A DNA stretch of 64,000 nucleotides from NCBI GenBank assembly GCA_026990385.1, contig JALXDL010000039.1, positions 4,466 to 68,465 on the forward strand, written 5' to 3'. The position numbers were made by a program, and so were the translations under genes. How positions within the stretch are numbered: position 1 is the stretch's first letter; the number at the start of each line of letters is the position of its first letter. Shown piece after piece: positions 18,438 to 27,262 of the stretch. Source of the DNA: Desulfobulbaceae bacterium (GTDB lineage: Bacteria; Desulfobacterota; Desulfobulbia; Desulfobulbales; Desulfobulbaceae). The notes under the pieces were generated by a model that did no database searches, was not told where the DNA came from, and saw only the letters and a list, made by a program, of their open reading frames with translations.

Positions 18438-19634
18438 GTGAATGATCGCGACCGGCACATACTGTCCGTGACCTGTTACGGACATTTTCTGAGCCATTTC
18501 AACATGCTGGTCTTTCCGGCCATCCTGTTGCCCCTTTCGGACGGCCTGAAAATGACCATGGCCGATACCCTGGACCTGGCCTTCTGGATGTACCTCCTGT
18601 TCGGGGTCACGGCCCTGCCGTGGGGAATGCTGGCCGACAGGATCGGGCCGCGGCCGCTGCTGGCCCTCTTCTACCTCGGGGCCGGCTGCTCCGGCCTGGC
18701 TGCGGCCATGGCCATGGATTCGCCCTTTGCCCTGAAACTGGCCCTGGCCGGGGTGGGCCTCTTTTCGGGGATCTACCATCCGGCCGGCCTGGGCTGGATC
18801 GCCTGCTGCGTAAGCCGGACCTCGGCCGGCATGGCGGTGAACGGCATGTTCGGCAACCTGGGGCTGGCCACGGGCCCCCTGCTGGCCGGCCTGGCCAACT
18901 GGCTCTGGGGCACGTCCGCCGTCTACCTGGGCCTGGCCATGATGAACCTGGCCGGCCTGGTCCTGCTGCTGCGTTCCGGCCCCGGGACATGCCCTGCCTC
19001 CGCCCATGACGACAAGAAAGCAGCGGCCGCCTCCTGGAAACGATTTGCCGTGCTCCTGGTGGTGATGATGCTCGGCGGCGTGGTCTATCGCGGCTCCACC
19101 GTCATCCTGCCCTCCCTCTTCGAGCTGCGGGGAACTCACCTCTACCGGCAGGTCACCGACCTGCTGTCCGGTCATGTTTCGGGAAACCTGACCGCCACCG
19201 TGCTTGTCTCGTGTCTCTACCTGGCCGGCATGCTCGGCCAGTATGCCGGCGGCAGGGTAGGGGAGCGGTTCGACCTGCGGTGGGGATATCTCCTCTTTCA
19301 CCTGCTGACCATTCCGGCGGCCTTTGCCATGGCACTTGTCGCCGACCTGCCCCTGGTGCTGCTGGCCACGGTCCACTCCTTTTTTCTGCTTGGCATGCAG
19401 CCCATTGAAAATACGCTGGTTGCCCGGCTGACTCCGCCGTCCATGCACTCCATGGCCTTTGGCATGAAGTTTGTCCTTACCTTCGGGGTGGGCGCCCTGG
19501 CCGTGAAGCTGGTCCGGTCTGTCGAGGCGGGTTATGGTATCGATGCGGTCTTTCCGGCCCTGGGCATGGTCTCGATCCTGCTCGTCTGCTGTATCCTGCT
19601 CCTGGTCCGGGTCACGCCGCCGCTTCGTTCCTGA
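18438..19634 (+). CDS. MFS transporter
   Basis: About 12 TM helices; WGMLADRIGPR motif A and GIYHPAG; GTG start chosen at 18438 (ORF open from 18372). Confidence 0.88.
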   Translation: MNDRDRHILSVTCYGHFLSHFNMLVFPAILLPLSDGLKMTMADTLDLAFWMYLLFGVTALPWGMLADRIGPRPLLALFYLGAGCSGLAAAMAMDSPFALKLALAGVGLFSGIYHPAGLGWIACCVSRTSAGMAVNGMFGNLGLATGPLLAGLANWLWGTSAVYLGLAMMNLAGLVLLLRSGPGTCPASAHDDKKAAAASWKRFAVLLVVMMLGGVVYRGSTVILPSLFELRGTHLYRQVTDLLSGHVSGNLTATVLVSCLYLAGMLGQYAGGRVGERFDLRWGYLLFHLLTIPAAFAMALVADLPLVLLATVHSFFLLGMQPIENTLVARLTPPSMHSMAFGMKFVLTFGVGALAVKLVRSVEAGYGIDAVFPALGMVSILLVCCILLLVRVTPPLRS

Positions 19635-19700
19635 AAACAACAAAAATTCCGGCGGGCCCCCTTCCGGGCCGGTGGTTGAGAACCGTACCCGGCCTTTTCC

Positions 19701-19742
19701 CTGTACGTTGTCACAGGCACCCCGTCTCTGCACGGTCGCGCC
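19701..19742 (-). repeat. Repeat module C copy
   Basis: 19710-19742 reverse complement is 32/33 identical to 38668-38700. Confidence 0.88.
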
Positions 19743-19883
19743 GGGCCGGCCGCTGCCAGTGTCCCTTCCCCGAAATGTCGGCATGGCATAAAAAAGGGTT
19801 GCAATACCTCTCAATTTTAAGTAATTGGTTAATTAATTAAATTATTAAGCATAAGCCAGCTCATCTGGCAAGGAGGGAGTGCC

Positions 19884-20531
19884 ATGCAGTCGATCAACCA
19901 GAGGATCTCCACCATCACCGTTCTGCTCGCAACCTGTCTGCTGTTTACGGTCGCTGTACCGGCCAGGGCCGCCCTGGACGGCGACGAGTTCACCGCCCAA
20001 CTCAATGCCCTTGTCCTGCAGGGCAATGACCTGCTGGCCCAGGCATCGGCCATCACCCTCACTCCCCTGACCATGAGTTCCCGCATCGACCAGCTCGAGG
20101 CGGCGGTCACCGACTATCGTTCCAATGTCATTGCCGCCTACAACGACGTGGTTGCCGCGTCAGGGAGCAGCCTCAGCCTGAATTCCGACATGCTGGTGGC
20201 CCTGCAGACCCTGAGTACGATCAGCGTATCCCTGGCCGATACCTGCAAGGATCTCACCCTCCAGATCGCCAACCTGGCCGCATCCACCTTTCTCAGCACC
20301 CTGGACAGCTCCCTTTCCGCCATGCTCCGGCTGTCCGACGATATCGGCCTGATGGCGGACCGGATCCTGGAGATGGCGGACAAGATCCTGGTCATGGCCG
20401 ACAACATCGGTGAGATGGCGGACCGGATCATCGCCACCCAGCTCATCCAGAGCAACAACCTGAAGCTGGTCATGGATACGATCCTGGCGACCCAGAACAA
20501 CATCATCAGGCTCATCAGCCTCTTTCTGTAA
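19884..20531 (+). CDS. Secreted hypothetical protein with MAD-containing heptad repeats
   Basis: GGAG RBS, Sec-type signal peptide ending VPARA; DIGLMAD-RILEMAD-KILVMAD-NIGEMAD-RII; high-GC codon usage. Confidence 0.8.
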   Translation: MQSINQRISTITVLLATCLLFTVAVPARAALDGDEFTAQLNALVLQGNDLLAQASAITLTPLTMSSRIDQLEAAVTDYRSNVIAAYNDVVAASGSSLSLNSDMLVALQTLSTISVSLADTCKDLTLQIANLAASTFLSTLDSSLSAMLRLSDDIGLMADRILEMADKILVMADNIGEMADRIIATQLIQSNNLKLVMDTILATQNNIIRLISLFL

Positions 20532-20913
20532 CCCCAGGGCGGCACGCATCCGGGGACTGCTGCCTGACCGGCATCCCGGAACGGGCATGCCTTTCTCCCG
20601 CACGGACGGCAGCCATGGATCGTCCGCCAGTTACCTCCTCACCTCCTTCCGGGCGTGACGCGATGTTTCGTGTTGCGCCCGCCTCTGTCATTCGCCGTGA
20701 TTGTACCGTGAAGGGGCTGGAACGGCCCGAGCCGGTCTGACCAGCCAGATGCATCCCGGCGTGGCACCGCAGCGGGTCTCACCAGGGTCGATGTCATGAC
20801 GGGACGGCTGTATCTTCCTGGCTCCCGGCCGGTTTCTTTCCGGAGAAACCGGCATGCCGTGCCGCTGGGGGTACGGCAGGGGCAACAGGATCCGGGTTTG
20901 GGGCTGGTGCAGG

Positions 20914-21600
20914 TTATCGGTCCAGGACCAACCCGACATGATGGTAGAGGTTGTAGCAGCCCAGGCCGATCACCAGCAGGCCGGCCCAGCGGAGCATCTC
21001 CTTCCTGGTCGCGGCGGTGAGCCAGTGGACCGTGGTGCCGAAGAGAAAGAGGGAGGGCAGGGTGCCGAGGCCGAAGGAGAACATGATCAGGCCCCCCTGG
21101 ACCGGGTCGCCGCGGCCGGCGGCGGCAAGGGCGATGGCATAGAGAAAGCCGCAGGGCAGAAAGCCCATGACCATGCCCACCGGCAGGGCGGCAGGGCCGG
21201 GCGGCAACCGCCGGAGCCGGGTCACGGTGCGGGTGAGGACGCCCATGGCGCCGGGAAACTCGAGCCGGATGATGCCTCGGCCGGAAAAGAGGCCGGTGGT
21301 GGCCAGTCCCATGGCGATGATGACCAGGTCGGCGAGAATGAGGATCCCGTGCGAGGCCAGGGAAAAGACCGGCGTCCTGTTAAGAAGGGCACCCACCCAG
21401 CCGGCCACGGCACCGATGAAGGTGTAGGTGGCGATGCGGCCGAGGTTGTAGAAGAGATGGAAAACAATACCCTGGCGCAGGCCGCGGCCGCGCAGGGACA
21501 GGGCCGCCACCACCGGGCCGCACATGCCGATGCAGTGGCCCGATCCGAGAAAGGCGGTGCTGAGCGCAATGCTGTAGACCGGATCAATCATCCCCGTCAT
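20914..21600 (-). CDS. DsbD_2/TauE-like membrane protein of the cbb3 assembly cluster
   Basis: GHCIGMCGP, YNLGRIATY, GFLPCGFLY and FGLGTLP motifs; last gene of the cco cluster. Confidence 0.88.
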   Translation of the reverse strand: MTGMIDPVYSIALSTAFLGSGHCIGMCGPVVAALSLRGRGLRQGIVFHLFYNLGRIATYTFIGAVAGWVGALLNRTPVFSLASHGILILADLVIIAMGLATTGLFSGRGIIRLEFPGAMGVLTRTVTRLRRLPPGPAALPVGMVMGFLPCGFLYAIALAAAGRGDPVQGGLIMFSFGLGTLPSLFLFGTTVHWLTAATRKEMLRWAGLLVIGLGCYNLYHHVGLVLDR

Positions 21601-21733
21601 CCTCGAGCATCCGGTACTTGGGCCGTTCGATGTCGTCGAACTCGCCCTTTTTCGCCGCCCACAGGAAGACCAGCCAGGCGCCGATTCCCAGGAAGAGCGA
21701 GAGCAGCAGAAGGATGATAATGGACTTGAACAT
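21584..21733 (-). CDS. ccoS: cbb3 oxidase assembly protein CcoS (49 aa, not in ORF track)
   Basis: Translated by hand: MFKSIIILLLLSLFLGIGAWLVFLWAAKKGEFDDIERPKYRMLEDDGDD; W...G.FDD CcoS signature. Confidence 0.9.
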   Translation of the reverse strand: MFKSIIILLLLSLFLGIGAWLVFLWAAKKGEFDDIERPKYRMLEDDGDD

Positions 21734-21736
21734 GGT

Positions 21737-24139
21737 TCAGTCTCCTTTGAATCGCCGCAGGCGCAGCGAGTTGGCCACCACCAGCACCGAGCTGGCCGCC
21801 ATGGCCGTGGCGGCCCAGACCGGGGCCAGCCGGCCGCTGGCGGCCAGGGGCAGGGCCACCAGGTTGTAGGTAAAGGCCCAGAACAGGTTCAGGCGGATGA
21901 TGCGCAGGGTGCGGCGCGCCAGCAGCAGGGCCGGCGGCAGTTGCTCCATGTGGTCATGGACCAGGACCAGGTCCGAGGTGGCCAGGGCCATGTCGGTGCC
22001 GCTGCCCATGGCGCATCCTACGGCGGCCTCGGACAGGGCCGGAGCATCGTTGACCCCGTCGCCCACCATCAATACTCTCTCCCCTTCTTCCTGCATGGTC
22101 CGGATCCGGGCCGCCTTGTCTTCCGGGGCCATGTCGGCCGCATACTCGAGTATCCCGGTTTCCTGGGCGATTCCTGCCGCGGCCCTGGCATGGTCGCCGG
22201 TGAGGAGCAGGGTGCGCAGCCCCATCCGGTCCAGCCGTTGAATCACTGCCGGCGCTTCGGGGCGGGGCCGGGTGTCCAGGAGCAGGCATCCCATGTAGGT
22301 TCCGGCCAGGGCCACGTGCACCTCGGTGAAACGCGTCTTCTCATTTTGCGGCAGCCGGACGCGGTGCATGGTCATCAGTTCCCGGCTGCCGGCCAGGAGC
22401 GGGCCCCCGTCCGTCTCCAGGCGCACGCCCCGGCCCGGGATGTAGGTGGAGCCGTCTGCCCGGCAGCGGATCCCCTCCTGCCGGGCCCGGGCCAGGATAC
22501 CGCGGGCAATGGGGTGGGAAGAGCCTGCCTCGGCCTTGGCCGCCAGGGCCAGCAGCCGCCGGCTGCTGACCTGGAAGGGCACGATCCGCACCACCTGCGG
22601 ATCCCCCACGGTGAGGGTCCCGGTCTTGTCAAAGGCCGCCACCGTAAGCCGGGCCGTGGCCTCCAGGGTGTCGCCGCCCCGGAACAGGATGCCCCGGCCG
22701 GCCCCCACGCCGGTGGCGACCAGGATGGCGGTGGGGGTGGCCAGGCCGAGGGCGCAGGGACAGGCGACCACCAGCACCGAGACCGCGTGCAGCAGCGGCC
22801 GGACCGGTTCGTGGAGTACCGAGAACCAGTAGATGCCGGTGCCGGCGGCGATGAGGATGACCACGGGCACGAACAGCGAGGCCACCCGGTCGGCCAATCC
22901 CTGCACCGGCGCCTTCCTGTTCTGCGCCTCCTGCGCCATGCGGGCGATGCGGGCCATGAACGAGCGCGTCGCCGGCCGCACGACCCTGGCCCGGACAGCG
23001 GTGGCGATGTTCAGCGCCCCGGAGAGAACGGTATCGCCCCGGTTTTTCCGCACCGGTGCGGACTCGCCGGTGAGGACCGATTCGTCGACCTCGGTGCCGT
23101 GATCGAGCAGGAGTGCGTCCACGGGAAACCGTTCCCCGGGCCGCACCTGGATAACATCGTCCCGGCGCAGGGCGCTGCTCTCCACCGGCACCTGTTCGTC
23201 GCCCCGCACCAGCCGGGCGGTGTCGGGCGCAAGGCGGAGCAGTGAATCTATGCCGGCCATGGCCCGGCGACGGGCGCCGTTCTCCAGCAGCCGGCCGAGC
23301 AGGATCAGGGTGATGACCATGGCCGAGGTCTCGAAGTAGACCTCGCCACCGGCAACCAGGGCGCCGAGGCTGTAGAGGTAGGCGGTGAGCACGCCCAGGG
23401 CGATGAGCAGGTCCATGTTCGGGGCCAGGTTGCGCACGCTGCGCCAGGCGCCACGGAGAAAGGGGGCACCGGAGAAGAAGACCACCGGCGTGGCCACCAG
23501 GCCGGCAAAACCCTGCATCACCTGCCGGGTCGCCGGGTCCATGCCCCGGAAATAGCCGCCATAGAGGGCTATGGAGTAGCCCATGATCTGCAGGGAGAGA
23601 AAGGCGGCGGTGACAAAGCGGATGAGCAGGGCCTTCCACTCCTGTTCCTGCATGGCCCGGACGGCGTTCTCGCTGTAGGGCCTGGGCGCATAGCCAAGGG
23701 TGGCAATGGCGGCAAAGATCTGGCCCGGTGTAACCAGGTCCGGGTCAAAGCGCACCTGGCCGCGATGGGTGGAATAGTTGATGGTGGCGGAGCTGATGCC
23801 CGGGGTCCGGGCAAGCAGGGTCTCGATGAGCCAGATGCAGGCGGCGCAGCGGATACCGGAGACCAGCAGGGTGATCTCCCGTTCTCCGTCCCGCTCCCTG
23901 GTCAGGGAGTCGAGGTATTCGTCGCTGTAGGCAGTGGAAAAGGCGCCGTCCGGTGTTCCGGGCTCATCCCAGCGCCGTTTGTCGTAAAAGGCGGCAAGAC
24001 CGGCGCCCCTGATCACGGCGTGGGCCCCCCGGCATCCCTGGCAGCAGAAGTGGAGTTCCCTGCCGTCCACCCGCTCGACGATCCGCTCCCCGTCCCCGAT
24101 GGGCAGATTGCAGTGGCTGCAGGTGGCGGGACGGTCCAT
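21737..24139 (-). CDS. ccoI: CcoI/FixI P1B-type copper ATPase
   Basis: N-terminal CSHC..FCCQGC, CAAC HMA domain, TGES, ACPCALGLATP, DKTGT and GDGVNDAP. Confidence 0.93.
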   Translation of the reverse strand: MDRPATCSHCNLPIGDGERIVERVDGRELHFCCQGCRGAHAVIRGAGLAAFYDKRRWDEPGTPDGAFSTAYSDEYLDSLTRERDGEREITLLVSGIRCAACIWLIETLLARTPGISSATINYSTHRGQVRFDPDLVTPGQIFAAIATLGYAPRPYSENAVRAMQEQEWKALLIRFVTAAFLSLQIMGYSIALYGGYFRGMDPATRQVMQGFAGLVATPVVFFSGAPFLRGAWRSVRNLAPNMDLLIALGVLTAYLYSLGALVAGGEVYFETSAMVITLILLGRLLENGARRRAMAGIDSLLRLAPDTARLVRGDEQVPVESSALRRDDVIQVRPGERFPVDALLLDHGTEVDESVLTGESAPVRKNRGDTVLSGALNIATAVRARVVRPATRSFMARIARMAQEAQNRKAPVQGLADRVASLFVPVVILIAAGTGIYWFSVLHEPVRPLLHAVSVLVVACPCALGLATPTAILVATGVGAGRGILFRGGDTLEATARLTVAAFDKTGTLTVGDPQVVRIVPFQVSSRRLLALAAKAEAGSSHPIARGILARARQEGIRCRADGSTYIPGRGVRLETDGGPLLAGSRELMTMHRVRLPQNEKTRFTEVHVALAGTYMGCLLLDTRPRPEAPAVIQRLDRMGLRTLLLTGDHARAAAGIAQETGILEYAADMAPEDKAARIRTMQEEGERVLMVGDGVNDAPALSEAAVGCAMGSGTDMALATSDLVLVHDHMEQLPPALLLARRTLRIIRLNLFWAFTYNLVALPLAASGRLAPVWAATAMAASSVLVVANSLRLRRFKGD

Positions 24140-24157
24140 GGCCGGATGGGTTCTGGT

Positions 24158-24604
24158 TCAGGGATTGAGGAGCAGGTGCCGGTTGAGGCGGGCGCCGTTG
24201 CGCTCCACTTCCAGCCGGGCCTGGATGGCACCGCTGATCCCTTGCTCCAGGGTGACCAGGTAGTGGCCGGGTTCGGTCTCTGCCAGCGGCAGGTAGACAT
24301 TTTCGGCCCTTCCCGGAATGGCCAGGTAGAGGGAGCCGCGGGCGCCGGTAATGGCGCGGCCATCGTGGTCGCTGAGGCGGAAGACGAGCCTGCGGCCGTC
24401 CAGGGTGGTGTCCAGGTTCCAGCCCAGGACCTCGGCGGCCCTGCGCTCCACCTCGGTGGAGGTGTACCTGAGTCCCTTGCTGTAGTAGTCGGCATCGGTC
24501 ACCTGGCTGCCGAGGCCGGCGGCCCGGTGGGCGGCCCAGCCGGAAAAGACCAGGAATGCCCCGATCAGGAGCAGGATCATGGGGGGATAGATATTGGTTT
24601 TCAT
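24158..24604 (-). CDS. ccoH: CcoH/FixH-family protein
   Basis: MKTNIYPP..., one TM helix, V..DYYSKGL.Y motif and Ig-like domain; located between ccoG and ccoI. Confidence 0.8.
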   Translation of the reverse strand: MKTNIYPPMILLLIGAFLVFSGWAAHRAAGLGSQVTDADYYSKGLRYTSTEVERRAAEVLGWNLDTTLDGRRLVFRLSDHDGRAITGARGSLYLAIPGRAENVYLPLAETEPGHYLVTLEQGISGAIQARLEVERNGARLNRHLLLNP

Positions 24605-24695
24605 GATGTTCACACCCCTGTTGCAGTGAGAGGATCCCGGCCGGAGCAGGGAGTACGGGCCGGATGGCCGACCATACCATGTTCCGTGCCAGGCG

Positions 24696-25964
24696 TCATG
24701 GGATGGTTCGGGTCGGCGGTGACAGCCGGATCCTGGCCGCGGCCACCTGCCGGCCGGTGTTGTCCATGAGGGAGAAGCGGACGGCATCGTTGCCATGGGG
24801 CGGCACAATGAGCACAAAGTCCAACCGCCGATTCTCGCCGGCGGCCAGCCTGGCCCGGACCTGGCCCTTGAGCTGCAGGGTGGCGCCGGTGGCGGCGTCG
24901 CTGGCATGGATGGTATAGACCGCCTGCCGCCTGGAGCGGTTGTTGACCCAGGCGTTGAAAAAGACACCGGCCCGGCCGTCGGCCAGCGGCCGCCGGGATA
25001 CGGTATGCGAGACCGCGATCTTGAGGGAGGCCACGGGCCGGTTGTGCAGCAGGTTCACCAGGAGCAGCAGCAGGCCGAGCAGGGCTGCGGCCGGCAGCAG
25101 GACGCGCACGTCCAGCAGGACCCGGACTCCCCTGTCCCGGAGGCCGAAGGTGTAGCGGATGAGCCCGGCCCTGTTCCGGGGCGCCATGATCCGGCGGCAG
25201 GCGTCCAGGCAGCGGGCGCAGCTGATGCATTCCACCTGCAGTCCCTGGCGGATGTCGATCTCCATGGGACAGGCGCGGACACAGGCACCGCAATCGATGC
25301 ATTCCTGCCGGACAGCGGGCGGCAGCTGCAGGGTCAGGGTCACCGGGCTGACCAGGGCGGTCTGGATGCGGCCGTAGGGACAGAATTCCCGGCACAGCAG
25401 CCGCCGGACCAGGGCCAGGTCGAGATAGACCAGGAGCGTGACCAGGAGCAGGGTGCCCCATGCCGCGCCGGGAAGATCCAGGGCTGCGAGGCGGGAGAAA
25501 AACTCCCGGGGCGCGATGAAATAGCAGAGCAGGCCCGATGCCGTGGCCATGGCGATGGCCAGGAAGACCGGCTGCAGCAGGAATGTCCGGGCCAGGGGCC
25601 CGTGCAGCCGGTTGCTGCGTACCCTGAGACCGAGGCGCCCGGCCAGCCATTCGGCCAGGTCGGACAGGATTGTCTGCGGGCAGAACCAGCCGCACCAGGC
25701 CCTGCCCAGGATCACGGTCACCAGGAGAAAGGTGAGGACAAAGAGCAGGATTCCGAGCAGAACCAGGTAGAGTTCCTCGATCCGCAGGACCTGGCCGAAC
25801 AGGTAGAGCCGCAGGCCCGGAATGTCGATGCGAACCAGGCTCCCGCCGGCCACCTCCAGCCAGGGCAGGAGCAGGAAGACCAGGCCGAGGAGCCACTGCA
25901 GTCCTGTTCGCCAGGGGCCTATCAGTCGCAAGGTTTTTTGGCCCCGGAAAGAGCCGTCTGCCAC
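24696..25964 (-). CDS. ccoG: CcoG/FixG 4Fe-4S membrane protein
   Basis: GRAWCGWFCPQ, CREFCPYG, CIDCGACVRACP and CISCARCLDAC motifs. Confidence 0.93.
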   Translation of the reverse strand: MADGSFRGQKTLRLIGPWRTGLQWLLGLVFLLLPWLEVAGGSLVRIDIPGLRLYLFGQVLRIEELYLVLLGILLFVLTFLLVTVILGRAWCGWFCPQTILSDLAEWLAGRLGLRVRSNRLHGPLARTFLLQPVFLAIAMATASGLLCYFIAPREFFSRLAALDLPGAAWGTLLLVTLLVYLDLALVRRLLCREFCPYGRIQTALVSPVTLTLQLPPAVRQECIDCGACVRACPMEIDIRQGLQVECISCARCLDACRRIMAPRNRAGLIRYTFGLRDRGVRVLLDVRVLLPAAALLGLLLLLVNLLHNRPVASLKIAVSHTVSRRPLADGRAGVFFNAWVNNRSRRQAVYTIHASDAATGATLQLKGQVRARLAAGENRRLDFVLIVPPHGNDAVRFSLMDNTGRQVAAARIRLSPPTRTIP

Positions 25965-25975
25965 GGTGTGGATGG

Positions 25976-26221
25976 CTATTGTTGCGGGCCCCGGGCCATG
26001 GCCGCTGCCGCCCGCTCCTGGTGGGCCTTCATCTTGGCCTGGAACTCGTCGTGCGAGCTCCAGCCGCTGAGCAGGTAGTAGGCCATGAACAGGACCGCCC
26101 AGACGATGAGGCCGTAATAGAGAATGTTGAAATAGACCGGCGGCCTGTTCTCCCTGTTTTCCCGGATTCCGTCAAAGGGTTTGTCCTGGATCTCGCCGTG
26201 GGTATTTTCTTGCGTTGTCAT
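25976..26221 (-). CDS. ccoP: CcoP N-terminal (FixP_N) domain only, no heme domain
   Basis: FDGIRENRENRPPVYF..LYYGLIVWAVLFMAYY; 81 aa; no CXXCH motif. Confidence 0.75.
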   Translation of the reverse strand: MTTQENTHGEIQDKPFDGIRENRENRPPVYFNILYYGLIVWAVLFMAYYLLSGWSSHDEFQAKMKAHQERAAAAMARGPQQ

Positions 26222-26240
26222 GGAAGTCTCTCCCTTGCAG

Positions 26241-26384
26241 TTAATCGTCGTCTTCAAGCATCCGGTACTTGGCGATCTCGCCTTCCTTTCTGCGCTTTTT
26301 GCTGTAGGTGCGCAGAACGATCAGGGCAAAGACCACAAAGAGGCCGAAGGTGACGCCGAGATAGAGTATCGATGCCAGGTCCAT
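26241..26384 (-). CDS. ccoQ: cbb3 oxidase subunit CcoQ (47 aa, not in ORF track)
   Basis: Translated by hand: MDLASILYLGVTFGLFVVFALIVLRTYSKKRRKEGEIAKYRMLEDDD; lies between ccoO and ccoP. Confidence 0.85.
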   Translation of the reverse strand: MDLASILYLGVTFGLFVVFALIVLRTYSKKRRKEGEIAKYRMLEDDD

Positions 26385-27260
26385 TTAGTGATCTTCTCCC
26401 TGTGCATGGTACTTGATGAAGTTGACCAGTTTCCAGTCCTTGTCCGCGCCGAGGCTGGAAAAGGCGGGCATGCCGTTGTCGGGAATACCCTTGTAGATGA
26501 TCTCGAAGAGCTCGTTTTCTTCATAGGCGCTGCCATCCAGCTCCGGCCCGATGTCCCCTTCCATGTTCTTGCCGTGGCAGGCGGCGCAGTTGTCCTCGTA
26601 GAGCCGCTTCCAATGTTCCACGGTTGCACGTTCGGCACCGGCGTAGGGGTTCTTCAGCTCGCCGACAATGGTGGTGGTACTTGCCTTTTGCCACGGAATC
26701 CCGGTGCCGAGCTTCTGCATATAGGCGACGATGGCGTCCATCTCGGTCTTGCCGGCCAGCCCCTGGATCTCTTCCTCGGTATAGGGGAATCCGAGCACAT
26801 CCATCTTGTGGCGGATCTCCTGCGGATCGAGCTTGTTGTCCGCCAGCCAGGCGTAGGCGGGCATGTTGGTGCGCGGCACCATGGAGCGCGGCGAGGCCAT
26901 GTGCTTGTAGTGCCACTCGTCTGGGTACTTGCCGCCGATGCGGGCAAGGTCGGGTCCGGTTCGCTTGGAGCCCCAGAGAAAGGGCCGGTCGTAGACGAAC
27001 TCGCCGCTCTTGGAGTAGTCGCCGTAGCGCAGGACCTCGGCCACCAGGGGACGCACGGTCTGGGTATGGCAGTTGTTGCATCCCTCGCGGATATAGATGT
27101 CACGTCCCTCCTGCTGCAGGGCAGTGTAGGGGCTGACCGTCTCGATCCGGTCCGCCTCGGTATTGACCCAGGCAAAGGGCAGCACCATGGTGATCAGGGT
27201 GCCGACAAGGATGGCGCCGGTGGCCATAAGCATGAACAGAATCGGTTTCTTTTCCCACAT
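26385..27260 (-). CDS. ccoO: cbb3 oxidase subunit CcoO fused to a second cytochrome c domain
   Basis: GRDIYIREGCNNCHTQ, WGSKRTGPDL and MPAY; extra domain with NCAACHG..GDIGP..GMPAF. Confidence 0.92.
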   Translation of the reverse strand: MWEKKPILFMLMATGAILVGTLITMVLPFAWVNTEADRIETVSPYTALQQEGRDIYIREGCNNCHTQTVRPLVAEVLRYGDYSKSGEFVYDRPFLWGSKRTGPDLARIGGKYPDEWHYKHMASPRSMVPRTNMPAYAWLADNKLDPQEIRHKMDVLGFPYTEEEIQGLAGKTEMDAIVAYMQKLGTGIPWQKASTTTIVGELKNPYAGAERATVEHWKRLYEDNCAACHGKNMEGDIGPELDGSAYEENELFEIIYKGIPDNGMPAFSSLGADKDWKLVNFIKYHAQGEDH

Positions 27261-27262
27261 GA

